Source: Microthyrium microscopicum (lineage: Eukaryota). Taken from it: a stretch of 64,000 nucleotides of DNA. Positions 1-12,393 of the stretch are shown in pieces. The position numbers and the translations under genes were made by a program. Position 1 is the first letter of the stretch; the number at the start of each line of letters is the position of its first letter. The notes beneath the pieces are model-generated. The model was not told the DNA's origin, ran no database searches, and worked only from the letters and a program-made list of their open reading frames with translations. Location: contig MU004236.1 in the NCBI GenBank assembly GCA_010405405.1, positions 1,494,070 to 1,558,069 on the forward strand. The letters are read 5' to 3'.

Positions 1-703
1 CACAAGACGATCAGTTTAGATATGTCAAATCTAAGTACATATCTTTTAAATATTCCATTCAATGTTGTACATGTAAAAATAGTGAAAGGGAAGGAACGAC
101 AGGACTGGTTTCCAGTGTCAAGTGGAAGAGCGGTCGTGCTTGCCTTGCTTGCCCAGCCAACCACACGCTCCTTCCCACGAGACCTTCACCAGTTCCAGTG
201 CAGCACAGCACGGTTCCTGACTCTCAGACCTCCCAGTCTTCCCCCTAAACACCAAAACTCCAACAACTTGCTTTCTCCCTTAGCCAGCATTACCACCACA
301 AACTCTACTCTGTTTCCATACTTTTTTCTTCTGTATACCCTATCCTACTTCCTTTCTCCATTCGGGCCTTCTTATGCCTCTTCTCCATACTTGCCCGACT
401 TCCAGTCCTTGCTCCTATCCCGCTCCAGCGCCTTTGTTTCGCCAACCTCTTCAACCCGTGGCACGTCTCGCGATTGCGCTGGCAATGCGTTGACAATCCT
501 TCTTCCCCCCCTCCAATTGCTTTTGTCTTCTATCGGATGAAGGCTTGGTTTACTCTGCCCTCGTAGGATATCCCTTGTCGTCATCCGCGAGTGGTAGCAC
601 AACCCCTCAGACTTGTCCCTTTCAAATCTTCAGTCTCCGGCATCCTACCTCCTCTCAATTCGCCATACTTTCTACCCCACAGCCATAATTGAGCGCAAGT
701 CAT

Positions 704-2463
704 ATGGCGACCCTGACGCCCACTCAAGCAATCAGTACCATCACTCCCCCTAGCAGCTCCCACGGAGAAAGAGGAATGTGGGAATACGCTGTTCCGATCG
801 ATCATGACGAGGTATGCCAAATCTTTTCCAGAATCTAACAATCTCCCACATTGCCGATTTACACAACCATTTCGAAGGATCATGAACCCTTGCCATCCCA
901 AGATTTGCTAATAGCTACTAGAATGCCATCAGGAACCGTGCCAAACAATCCTCCTTCAATGACCTCTCTAATACTGCACCGGCTCGACAGCCATTCACAT
1001 CGCAACCTAATGGCTCTTCTAATCAATTGCGATCGGTAGAAAACGATCATCTCGCGCCTGCTACGATTAATAATCTACGCTCGAAAAACAGCGATATCAG
1101 CAACACGAGCGAGCCTGACAGTCTATTAGATTTATACAAGTCTTCGTCAAATAACGCAACTCGAGCCAGCTCTTACAGTTCCGCGCCAAAACCTCGTAGG
1201 AAAGCATCTGCAACAAAACTTCGAGTTGGTACTGGTCCTGGTGGAAAAGTTACAGCGGCAGACGAGTCCAAGTGGATACATCGCGACAAGCTGGCGCAAA
1301 TAGAAAGCAAAGAACTTGAGGAGGCGGGATTCCGAGTTGGACGCCGGACTTCTGAACGTCAAGATAGGGATAGCAGTATTCGTGAGAAACGCCAACGATT
1401 AGCTTCTCCGGCCCCGATAGAAGGAGAAGTGGAAGAGCCCGCATTGTTTGAAGAAGAGGCTGGTCAATATGGAAAATCATTCATCCCAAAACCAAATACA
1501 CAGCGAGGGGTCAACTCGCGCATACCGGTTCCAAGAAGCGTATCCGGTTCCATGAGTCAAAGCGAACAAGATTCTACTGCTCCTGGAACTCGTAGTAGAA
1601 ATGGTAGCAATGGATGGACAGGGGATCAGAGCCCAAAGAGCTCACAAGGTTCAGCAAATGATAATCATGCTCCGAGCTCACCACCATCAGACTCGCCACT
1701 CCGTAACGGGTCTACTACTGCTGGAGCAACCTCGGAAAAATCCTCTCCCACTAAAAAGGCACGAAATCCGACGAAAAGTACCCCAGCTGGTCGCAAAACC
1801 ACAACAGCTACGCGACAGGTCTCGGCCGCGAAGTCGCGAAATGCAACTCCAACAACCAAAGTCACCCCCGAACCAAAGCGACCTGGAACCTCTAGCGGAC
1901 TTAATGGCCGACCAAGCACTTCGCATCGCCCTGAAGGTGATCCTCCTTGGATTGCGAGTATGTATAAACCAGATCCTCGGCTTCCACCTGACCAGCAGAT
2001 GCTTCCCACTCACGCGAAAAAACTTGCTCAGGAACAATGGGAGAAAGAGGGCAAAACCGGAACCGTCTATGATCGAGATTTCAAGTTATTGAATGACGAA
2101 ACTTTCCCAGACAGGCCTCCTAGTGGCGTTGGACAAGATCAAGTGAAGAACGATACTCGAGAATCGACAGAGAGCGACAAGCTCAAGACCACAATATTAA
2201 ACTCCAAGTGGACCCTAGGTATATCACCGCCTTTGGGAAGTCCACGAAGCATAACATCAATCGCTCGACCTGGAACAAGCGGCACAGATCGAGTGCATGG
2301 TGGATATAAGACTACGCCCACAATATCCGTACCACAAACGCCTGTCCAGAGCCCAGCTGTTCCAGTACCATCGACCACAGTTCGTATACCTGAACCGATG
2401 GAAGAGGAGTTTCCTAAGAGAAAAAAGGAAGGCGGGTGCTGTGCTGCATGTGTGGTGATGTAG
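704..2463 (+). CDS. teaR: TeaR/Mod5-like prenylated cell-end marker receptor, 2 exons (704-811, 922-2463)
   Basis: Exon 1 MATLTPTQ...TPPSSSHG..WEYAVP, then a GTATGC...GCTAAT..TAG intron joining the 1027 ORF in frame. Motifs DESKWIHRDKLAQIES and HRPEGDPPWIASMYKPDPRLPPDQQMLPTHAK; C-terminal CAAX box (CVVM). Confidence 0.85.
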
Positions 2464-3590
2464 GCTGCACACCAAGTTCTCTAGGCCATTGATCAGGATA
2501 CATTATTTTTTATGGATCACGGGGCCTTTATACATACTATCGACAGCGTTTACATTCAGAAAGGAGTTGGGCGCATCTACAGGACAGCTTTCATGTCTCT
2601 GAAATCATGGGAGGCAGGCATGTTTTCACTCCAAGTATGGATCCCCATAGGTTTTTACGGGAGAAGAATATCTTTTGTCCACTCGAGTGGCATATTCCTG
2701 AGTCTTGTTGAACATCGGTTGATAGTATGTATTGATGGCAGCGCTGGCTTTAGCGTTTCTATTCTATCAGGCTTCGGAATTTATTTTCCAGTCCACTCGT
2801 ATGTATCGCCTTCCACGGTTTATCGTTCCTTTGTTTTTGCTACTATTCTCTTGTTACTTGTATTCTGCTTTTTTCTTGCAATGTTGTTATCCAGCGATTC
2901 CCCCCAAATGTTCGTGTACTTTTGATAAGTTGTCAGTGTGCTCAGGTGAAGCAGCCCATTTTGTCTATTATTTTGTTATTTTGTATCTTGATCTGTGGTC
3001 TTGTGGTCACGATATGGTGTATGGAGGCTGGAATGTGAGTTGCGAAAATATGAGCAGCGCGATCAGTATAGATTCTCTGGCCTTGACGAGGCTGTTGTTT
3101 GATTGCAGATATTGGGTACCCGTAAAGGGACCTTTGGCCGATCATGGTCTAAATTCAAGTACATATTTGATACAATTGGCATATTTCGTCAGGAATAGAT
3201 ATCGATTGTTATTGTGTCGGCCCGTAAATGCGGAAACTCACGATTGATACTTGGTTCACTAGAGGGTACGTGAGTGTGTGAGGCTCAACTTTTCAAGTAC
3301 CAGGAGGCATTAGAAGGTCCTAGAAGTTTAGAGAACCTTCTTGTGAACTATGACTGGTATGGTACGTACTTAGTTAGTTGGGCTCATTGAAAACCATAAC
3401 TTTTTTCTTTATGTTGTACATTGCATGTACAGAAGAATCGCTTCTGAAATATTCCAACTGCGATTTCTAGCAGATACCGAGTAGGTGGGATGCACCGCCA
3501 CCTCACGAGGCATATCCGTCCGCGTTCCCAGGAAACTTGTGGCCCCAGATCGGAACGTCATTTACCAATCCACCTGATAACTTTCTGTTC

Positions 3591-3789
3591 TACCTCTGGT
3601 GCGCGTTCTGTGGTTATCACCCTAAAAATTGCTGGTTTTCTAGACAGAAACTACAGGTCGTTTATTATTGGCTGCTTCAAAGTCTTGGCGGAGAACATCA
3701 AAGTATTGGCCAATTAGCTTAATTACATGGGCCCTATTTTATGAGTGTATTTTTCTAGGGTGATAACCACAGAACGCGCACCAGAGGTA
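3591..3789. mobile_element. MITE (Tc1/mariner-like), 195 bp, TA target duplication
   Basis: Perfect 32-bp terminal inverted repeat CCTCTGGTGCGCGTTCTGTGGTTATCACCCTA at 3593 and ending at 3787, with TA on both flanks and no coding capacity. Confidence 0.85.
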
Positions 3790-4600
3790 CATCTTTCCTC
3801 TACTCCTCTACAACTGTCTTGCGCTTTGATACATGAACCATATTTCTGAGACAGTTGCATCCTGGGTCTTTCCCGGCCTTCTTCATGTTGATAGTCCTTG
3901 CCTGTTGAGGCAGAGCCGTTTCCTGTTCAATCGCAGTTGCCACCAACGCAATCGTTCCTTCCTTCCTTAACCCGTTGGCTAACGCAGCTTGGACCTCTTC
4001 AGCCTTACTTCCTTCCTTCTATACCCACGCTATCCATCTTACACTATTTTATTTCCACTCTCATAACACTCTACCCTCCCTACGTTGACCTCCTCTACAA
4101 TTCACCTTTTCTCCCTAACCTTTGCCGCTACCATCTATCCATTGCCTCAGTTTGTTCACACAAACTATTCCACAAACGCAGCGTCAGAATCACTCGTGCT
4201 GCTTCCAGAAACCGGCCAAATACCAAATCTTCGTCACCAACGTTGCTGAATCGTCCGGCGCTCCGGAACGAATATAATATTCAGACGTCGATATTGCTAT
4301 CAAGCTCGCTCCCTCCTACCTCTGAGCTATCTGCTTCCACCATTCCACTCGACAAGCTATCCATAGCCCTACTACCACAAAGCGTGCCATCGTCATCCAC
4401 ACGCTCTAGTCGATCTCCAGAATCAGCACTGGCCGTTCCTTTCTTCATATACAAGGGGAACTACGTTGGGTTTGCCTGCGCCAAATCCATGTCAGCCTAG
4501 CTACTGGGTTGTACGCTTCTTTGGCTTCTCAACATCCCAACGCTAGCGACGCAGCTAGTTACGCCACCCATTTACAAAACACCATACTACTTAAGCAATC

Positions 4601-6387
4601 ATGTCTTCACAGCAAACCACGACTGCTCGGCCACAGGTATACTGCTTTGGATGCCAACATGTATGGTATCAAGACGAACATGGCATTCGATGCCCAGCAT
4701 GCGAGTCGGACTTTGTCCAGATTGTAAGTCGCCTCATACTTTCCTTCAGACATTAAACCAGTGTCTCTGTTTGTTCCACTCATCCTGTTCATCATATTGA
4801 TTCTATCAGATTGAAACTGGAAATGATCCGCGAGAGGACCCTCCAATTATAGATGATGATATGGATTTTGAAACATGGCAGAATCAAATGCATGATGACC
4901 ACACTCATGAACCGCCATCGGATGCTGGGCATGGTCTCCATTTTGCTCCACTCGGTTCCAATCCCCTCGCAGCTCGCGGCCCTGGACAACCCGACCAAGC
5001 GGCTACGTTAGGCTCGTTGTTCGGATTGTTACAATCCTTCCAGTCGTTAACAGCCCCTGCTGCCAGCACTACAAGAAGTTACGACTTCAATTTGGGTACT
5101 AGTGGTCGCTTATCCTTCCGAACAACGACCAGTTACCGTGATGGTAGCGCAAATGACCCTCAGTCGCCAGACTTACCCGTTCAGGATATTAATAGGTATG
5201 TCTTCAAGACTTTATCTCCTCAATTCGAGGATGCTGACGAAGACAGTAGCTTTCTCCACGACATGTTTGCGCCAGGTGGTCCAGGCATTCCACCTCAATT
5301 TGCACAGGCAAACGGTCAACGAGCTGGAACAACCCGAAATGCTCAAATGGCTTTTATGGACGCATTACTTCACGGACCTCTTGGTCTTCATAGAGCTGGA
5401 TACGCCACAAGTAATGAAGATTTGGAGCGCATTGTTGCCGAACTTTTCGAACAGCAAGCTGGTCAAAGCGGAGCACCAGCCGCCTCTGAAGATGCGATTG
5501 CATCACTTCCAACAAAACCGGTCGACCAAAATATGCTGGGTGACAGTGAAAAGGCAGAGTGTACAATCTGCATGGGTGAAGTGGCACTAGGCGAAGTTGT
5601 CACAGAGTTGTACTGTCACCATTGGTTTCATACTGATTGCATCAAACCATGGCTTGAACAGCACAATACGTGCCCACATTGTCGAATGAGTATTGAGGAC
5701 TCGAAAGCTGCATTTGACAAAAAGAACGCAAACACTGGCCAGAACAACAGCTCTACTAACGCTGCGTCGGGTAGCGGGACAAATGCACCATCATCTCAAG
5801 CTTCCAGTATGCCGCGTCCACCTGGCGCATGGCCTACCATGTTCCATTCGCAACAACCATCAGGAACGGCAACAACTCGTCCTCAGCAGCCATTGCTAAA
5901 CAGTCCTTTGCATCAGGCTCTTCGAGACAATCGCTCACAATCGAATACGCCGAATGATAGAGGCCAGCGTCGAGTCGGAGGACAACGTCGAGACAGTTCC
6001 TCGCCGCTTGATGGACCACGTTCTACTCGCTGGTCGCAATCATACGACGAGATTTCTAGCTCGGATAGTCGCTCACGTCGGCGTAGCACTCGGGACTTGC
6101 AAAGGAGTGCAAATCAAGAGGGTCAGAACCCACCGATTCATAACCTACAAGATCGCCTAGAGCAGATTCGGCGTGCTGGAGGCCGAGAAGCTGACACACA
6201 AGACAATGTGAACCGTCGAACTCGCGATCAATCTTATAGCACACGAGATTACGAACGTCGGAGGAGTGCAAGTGAACTTAATGAACCCCATAATGATGGA
6301 GAGCAAGAAAATCCCGGCCTGCTGCAAAGAGCGCGAGATTGGTTCTCTGGACACGGTCAAGGACAAGGTCATGGCCATGGACATTAA
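4601..6387 (+). CDS. RNF126/RNF115-like E3 ubiquitin ligase (N-terminal zinc ribbon plus RING-H2)
   Basis: Exon 1 (4601-4723) encodes YCFGC...RCPACESDFVQI; intron 4724-4809. RING-H2 CTICM...LYCHHWFHTDCIKPWLEQHNTCPHCR is preceded by the PAASEDAIASLP motif. Probable in-frame intron at 5196-5246/5249. Confidence 0.88.
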
Positions 6388-6704
6388 GATTTTGATGATA
6401 TCCTCTTTAATTATTCGTACACTTCAAAATACATTCGGTCGGGACTAGTATGATGCTAAGCGTGGCGTTGCGGCTCTGTATTTGAAGATAGGACGCAGAT
6501 TGCCATGGATATATTAGTAGAGGTATCACACACAATCGTGTCAATAAAAACTCAATTCTTTACACTTCCTATAAGAAAAAAATCAATCTCAGGTGTTTAC
6601 TTAATATTACTAAATAAAAGCCCCTTTTAAAGTTTAGCCCCTGAGTCGGCGATTCTTCGGCATCGTCAGATCGCGACGCGACTTCATCTCGAATGTCATC
6701 CAAC

Positions 6705-6778
6705 GTTGATGATTTCTCAATCCACATAGAACCCACGACGAGTTGATGATTTCTCAATCCACACAGAACCCACGACGA
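6705..6778. repeat. Tandem duplication, 2 x 37 bp
   Basis: GTTGATGATTTCTCAATCCACA(T/C)AGAACCCACGACGA repeated with one mismatch, just upstream of the RRG7 start. Confidence 0.9.
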
Positions 6779-6813
6779 GAAATGCTGTGTGATTGAAACA
6801 ACAACAATCGTCC

Positions 6814-7971
6814 ATGAGACATCGCCATGGCCTCGCATCGGCCGTTTCGCGCGCCCTCGCACACCCCACAACCTCTAAACCATTCGTAGTCATTCGTTCA
6901 TACCGCACCAAAACCACCAAACCACCATCACGTCCACCTGGCAAATCACTCACCACCCTCTCCACAACCTCGTCGCCAGTGCTTCCACCATCTCTCCTTC
7001 TCCCCTCAACATCGGCGCCCACGTCTATACCCACATCAGCATCTACAGCCACATCAACCACGCCCATAATACTCCCCGGCTCCACCAACCATTCCTGTCT
7101 CCCCTCCTTCCTAACCCACGCTGCCAGCACGTCCCTCTCCCCCTCATCGCCCGTTTACAAGGGCACACTCTACGAGTATCTCGTCGCCCGCGCTCTCCTG
7201 CCCTACGGCTTCACGCTAACGCGCGTCGGCCGCACATCCGATGCTGGCATCGATTTGCTAGGCGAATGGAATCTTCCCGTCCTTCCTATACCATTACGCG
7301 TGATCCTGCAATGTAAGGCTCATGCGCGGCCGCTGGCGCCTACGTATGTGCGTGAACTTGAGGGCGCTGTTGGCTCTGCGCCGGCGGGCTGGCGAAATGG
7401 TATGGGGTTGTTGGCGGGGATGGGGAGAGCGAGCAGGGGTGTTAGGGAGGCGGTTGGACGGGCGCCGGGTGCGTGTGGGTATATTTGTGTTGATGGGAGG
7501 GGCGTTGTTAGGCAGGTGGTGTGGAATTGGCGGGCGGAGGAGATGGGGTTGTGTGGGGTTGGTGTTACGTTGAGATATGAAGAGGGGGAAGAGGGTGTGG
7601 TAGCGTTGACGTGGAAGGGGGTGGAGATTGAGGGAGTTGGAGTCTCTGGGCAAGAGGCTTTGGAGATGCCGGTGGTGGATATTGGGGATTTGGATCTGGG
7701 AAGAAGAGAGCGGTCGAATAAGAAGGTGGTGGAGATGGAGGTTGGAGTTATTGGAAGAAAGAGAGGACGGCCGAGAAAAGTCGTTGTCGCGGACTTTGAA
7801 AAGGCTATTAAGAAGAGGGGGCGACCGAAGAAGGTTGTGGAAGTTGAAGTTGCTGTCAGGACACGAGGCAGGCCACGAAAGGATAAAGTCAACGCGAAGA
7901 ACGATGTCCAAGTCGAGACGATGATGCCAATACCGAAACGGAAACCAGGCCGTCCCAAGAAGATGCCTTGA
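6814..7971 (+). CDS. RRG7: RRG7-like (DUF2034, restriction-endonuclease-like fold) mitochondrial protein with C-terminal AT-hooks
   Basis: YKGTLYEY...LTRVGRTSDAGIDLLGEW...VILQCKA...VRELEG, a PD-(D/E)xK-like signature. Arg/Ser-rich N-terminus; four GRP(R/K)K AT-hook motifs. Confidence 0.8.
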   Translation: MRHRHGLASAVSRALAHPTTSKPFVVIRSYRTKTTKPPSRPPGKSLTTLSTTSSPVLPPSLLLPSTSAPTSIPTSASTATSTTPIILPGSTNHSCLPSFLTHAASTSLSPSSPVYKGTLYEYLVARALLPYGFTLTRVGRTSDAGIDLLGEWNLPVLPIPLRVILQCKAHARPLAPTYVRELEGAVGSAPAGWRNGMGLLAGMGRASRGVREAVGRAPGACGYICVDGRGVVRQVVWNWRAEEMGLCGVGVTLRYEEGEEGVVALTWKGVEIEGVGVSGQEALEMPVVDIGDLDLGRRERSNKKVVEMEVGVIGRKRGRPRKVVVADFEKAIKKRGRPKKVVEVEVAVRTRGRPRKDKVNAKNDVQVETMMPIPKRKPGRPKKMP

Positions 7972-8064
7972 ATACACTTCCTGAAGCTACTCGACCTGCC
8001 CAGCACATTACAATCCGCTCGATATTGTATTCGATTGGGAATATCACTTTCGGTGAGCAATTTT

Positions 8065-8178
8065 GATGGCCAAAATCGCATCCAACGGTCAATAACGCAT
8101 CCATTGGTCAATATCGCATTCGATGGCCAACGTCGCACTCGATGGTCAATATCGCAATTGATGGCCAATACCGCATTC
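8065..8178. repeat. 19-bp minisatellite, 6 degenerate copies
   Basis: Consensus about GATGG(C/T)CAATATCGCATTC, tandem with no spacers, between two convergent genes. Confidence 0.85.
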
Positions 8179-8293
8179 AATGGGAGACACAATCTAAAGG
8201 AGATATACACATCTTATTGGCAGTATCAAAGCTTTTGATAGATTACAGCAGAAGGCATCGCAGCAGGGTATCGAGCGGATCAACCAAATAATA

Positions 8294-10980
8294 CTATCTC
8301 CTCCCAAACCCAAGTCTTCTCAACGTCCCCTGTCGATCAACTTGTCTTTCCACCAAGGGCCTATTATCTCCCTCCATCTCCAGTCTTCTCTCTACGGCTG
8401 GCAGCTCACTCGGCGCAAAAGTAAAATCCGGCGCCTCGACTACACCCTCGCGCGGATTAGGAACCCCTGGATCTCGTAGATCATCCTGCCACACCGTCCG
8501 AAATACTTCGATGAACCGAGTTGACTCTTGTGGCAACTTGATCCGCTCGCCACTCGACATGCGCGAGCTGGCTGATGGGCGTCGGCCACGGAATGCGCTG
8601 GTGCTTGGCTGTGGAGAAGGACGAGGCGCAAATTGCACGTAGAGCGTACGAACGCCTTCGAGTATACCATCTGGATCTGTAGAGCCGAGGGATGTCAGCG
8701 TAGGCAGTGGGAGTGTGCTGTGGTCCTTGCTGGCGCTGGACCGCCGACGGAGTGCGTTCTTGAAGCGCGAGGAGGATGCTTCCAGGGGGCTGGATGCGAA
8801 GGTCTCGCGTGAGCCAAGGTCGATGGAAAGGTGGTGGTGCTTGTCTTCATGCGGAAGCTCGCGAATGTCACGGAGCGCAATTTCAATGTGATGTTCAGCA
8901 TGGAAGAAGGAGATGGTGTGCCGGTATGGGTAGGCACTGTCGACCCAGATGTTGAGGCGCTCGCTTTGGGTTAGGCCTGTAGGCATGCCGTAGTTGGATT
9001 CTCGGGGGTGAACGTCAGTCCATACTGTGATATATTAGCTGTTGATAGTGCAAGAATAGGCGATTGGCATACAAAGATCGAAGCCGAATGAGTCTATCAG
9101 TCGTTTGCCTCGTATGGCTTCTTGGAAGTTGTCGCGTGTGGCAATTTCGCCGAAGGTGTAGCGGACTGAGATTTCTTGTTGAAAGTTGTAATCTGGCTCC
9201 ATATACTCAATCATGTGGCGTTGATAGAAGCGCACGGTGAGGCTGTTGCTCATGGAGTCTGGTGGGACGTGTGGAACGACGTATCCTCTAGCTGGTACTA
9301 TCCCTATGTTAGAAAGCAGTATGACCCAGGGCGGTAAACGAACAGTAATGCCTCAACTTTTCGTTTGAGTGGGCGACTTCCCATACTACGCATCTCAATG
9401 AATTGTTGATATGCTCAATGGAGAATTTGACTAGTCGTAATGGTTGGAGACGAGAGGTCAATGTACTAAAGCCTGTCAGTCGAAAAGAAAGTTGTGATTG
9501 TAGAAGGTTTCTTACATAGTTGCGATGGAATAGTCGCTAGCACCTAAGGATATTGACCCCGGGTGAGAAGTCGCTTGTAAACCAGCTGGGTAGGGAGATG
9601 TATATGGGGTCGAGTGAAAGCTTCCTGTGCGATCACGACTGTCAAATGGGCTTGGAGCATTGAAATGTGGTATAGGAGATTGATAACTGGAGGGTCTAGA
9701 CCATTGACTGCTTGGGCGATTGTGGAGATCTGGTGTTGGCGGACCATGTCGACTGTACAGGTCTTGAGCTGGCATAGTGGGCTCAGGCCATCGTAACTCA
9801 TCGTGGCTGGGTGATGAAGATGTATGGTGTAGCGGGCGCGGCGAAGAAAACTCGTCGTCGTCTGCAGCAGAAGTCGCATATTGTGACGATGAAAGCCATG
9901 GCATAGTCGTGACAGGGGGAAGATCTGGCAACGGGGCTTCGATATGTTCCTGAACATACGCTGGTGGTCGGAATGTCCAGTGGATTGAGTGATGTGAGAT
10001 TGAAACCGTCATTTCGCTGAGGTTTCTTTCTGGGAAGTTCAGGAGGTCGACTGAGTCCCTCGGAAGAGGGGGTACTGGGCCATCGATTTGAGCTATACCC
10101 GCTCTTATACACAGAACCTGCCATAACTTAAGTAGCTTATGCTCTAGCGACGAGAAGTTGTAAGGTACACGGCCAGGTCGCAAAGTGTTGATATTCGTCT
10201 CTCTCTTATACATGTATCGAATGGACGCCAGCTCATTGTACAACTCATCAAAACTCCTGTCTAGAGGGGGTATCTCGTCAACAGGGTCTTCTAGAACGGT
10301 GCCAGGCATATTAAGATGCCATGTTGCCATCCTATGATGAATGGGAGTCGGGTCATATCCTGTTGAGGCAAGTCGGAGCTCTGTGCTACTGCTTTCTGGA
10401 TCCTTTCGTGATCTATGGATTGAGGTTAGAACATGCTTTTTGTACTCTGTTCACTCTCAGGAGTACCTACAATGCTCCGAGAAGAAGATAAATATTGAAT
10501 TTACGTATCTCAACTCTGAGCTTGTTCACAAGATCCGAGCAATCGCGGCCGTATATGGACCTGCATTGCATCAGTATATATCATCCGTGTTCATCATAGA
10601 CGCACTTACCAGTGTCCCTGCCATGCTGACCTAAGTAGCGGACCAGAACTCGAAGTTTCAAGGTCTATGCTAGGCAAAAAGCTTGTGTTCTTGAGGTTCC
10701 AGTAAAAGCTGAAGAGCTTCTCACAGTCATTTATAGTTCCAGAGAAGTCATTTGGCTGGGGATAGACGTCAACAAATCGAGTGACTATAGAGTTGAAATC
10801 TGTAAGTACGCGAATAAAGCAGAAGCATGTATCCAGCAGCTCTTGTATTTGTCGTGGAGCATTCTCGTATTCTGAAGGTACCTGGCTGTCATATGGGGTC
10901 GTGAATTTTTGATATTGCTCCTCTGCTTTTTGCACAGCTTGCAATATGTCGTTCTGGATCCATCCAGGCATTGGAGACAA
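8294..10980 (-). CDS. Multi-exon hypothetical protein (about 6 exons; helical N-terminus, Pro/Ser-rich linker, folded C-terminal domain)
   Basis: ORFs 10606-10980, 9512-10330, 9035-9253 and 8294-8986 can be joined through short GT..AG introns with CTRAC-like branch sites (e.g. ...QGHW/SIYGRDCSDLVNKLR.../SRKDPESS...). Confidence 0.6.
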
Positions 10981-12393
10981 GTCCCTTGAGATTCTACTTG
11001 GGACACGATCTGAGACACCAAGCTATCAAGTTAGCTGAGGCTGTCCATTCATGCCAACACTTTTCACCGATAATTTGAAGCTGAGGGGTCACGGTCGCGT
11101 GATGAAGTCGTTCAAGCCAAGAGAGGAAACAGATGGTTCATTGATGGGTGTGGGGGATAAAAACAGGCGCCGAGATCTGTTATGCATGGGAGGCGTAGGA
11201 TGCTTGCCAGCCAGGCCACAGCCTACTCCGTACTTTTACTGCTACCAGGAGTTAGGTAGCTTTAAGCTATCCAGGACATTAAAAAACCATGTGTGATTTT
11301 ACACACTTCTGTTGTAGGATTGCTTGCGGCGTGCTATGATGTTTAGTGCAGGGCCAAAAGCTTACTCCCAATTACCGGTAGGTAGTTGGTTTTGATATCA
11401 CTTCATGCTACAAAGTTGCGACTTTCTTACGGACTGATATGGATGTTGATGTCCATATGTATAATTCGTCATGCTGGGAAAGTCAAATACACAGCTTCGT
11501 AGGATACAATAGAAGTTGTGCGAAAACAATTCATAGGAGGAAAAGACACTCATACTGTGTCTTCGTTTATGGTGGTCACTTTAAAGAGCTGGGAGTAAAG
11601 CATTACAAATTTACAATGCTGTTCATCGTTTCGACAGATCCTTATTTTCGTACAATTTGCTAACCTGGGAGCCTTACAGTGTTAACTACTGGTATCGAAG
11701 CAGTAAATGCAGCCAGCCTTACCAGCGTCCTTGATGGGACGTTGAAATGGTCCATTCGTTGATAGACCGCCAGCATTCCTCGTGTATTAGAGATTATATT
11801 GACATTGTTCGCATTATTTGACAAGTATTCATGGTTCTACTCTAACAACATCGAAATACGATTTATCTGTATCTTTTACGACTGATCAAATGGTTCCCTT
11901 TGAGCCAATCATTTGACCACGTTTCTTCCCTGTCAGGGGTGTGGAAGTCTTCAATTTAAATGTCTAGATGGCTGATCCTTCTGAGGCGAAGCACTCGCCA
12001 TACTAAGTACTTGGGCAGGCAGCCAGATGTTGCTCAACAGCGTCAACCTCTACAGTGTGACACCAGAAAGCGTCGAAAAAGCACACAGCCTTGCGAATGG
12101 GTCTCTTTACGTGTTACACTGAGGCATTTGACACCACAAATCAGGTACACGCTCGGTGTGGCTCGCATATACGCCTCCTTAGAATCCCATTCATCTGCTA
12201 GAACTCGCTAGAGAAGTGCTGCGCCCCTGCCCACCAAGTCTTGGTTTGCATACATTCGTGTTTGTCGCGTCAAACCTGGCTTCTCGGTGAGCTTCATAGG
12301 CTCAAGCCGCACTGCAAGATTTGATACTTGAAGGCGTTAATGGACGTCTAACCTCCTAACTTCCATGTATCACTCCTCGACACGCTGTACAGC

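Noticed and set aside
22..540. 172-aa ORF
   Set aside because: CT-rich leader region of teaR with no domain features.
2512..3247. Hydrophobic ORFs after teaR
   Set aside because: T-rich 3' UTR-like sequence gives spurious hydrophobic translations.
3252..3350. Degenerate 16-bp inverted repeat
   Set aside because: Too short and mismatched to call an element; no TSD.
3898..4500. 200-aa plus-strand ORF
   Set aside because: TTG start and low-complexity pyrimidine-rich sequence typical of the 5' leader of the RING gene.
8065..8178. CRISPR array interpretation of this or the 52.8 kb repeat
   Set aside because: Eukaryotic DNA; units are contiguous and degenerate, with no unique spacers and no cas genes.
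7294..8210. Long minus-strand ORFs (227 and 296 aa)
   Set aside because: Antisense shadows of RRG7 caused by its skewed composition; no recognisable domain.
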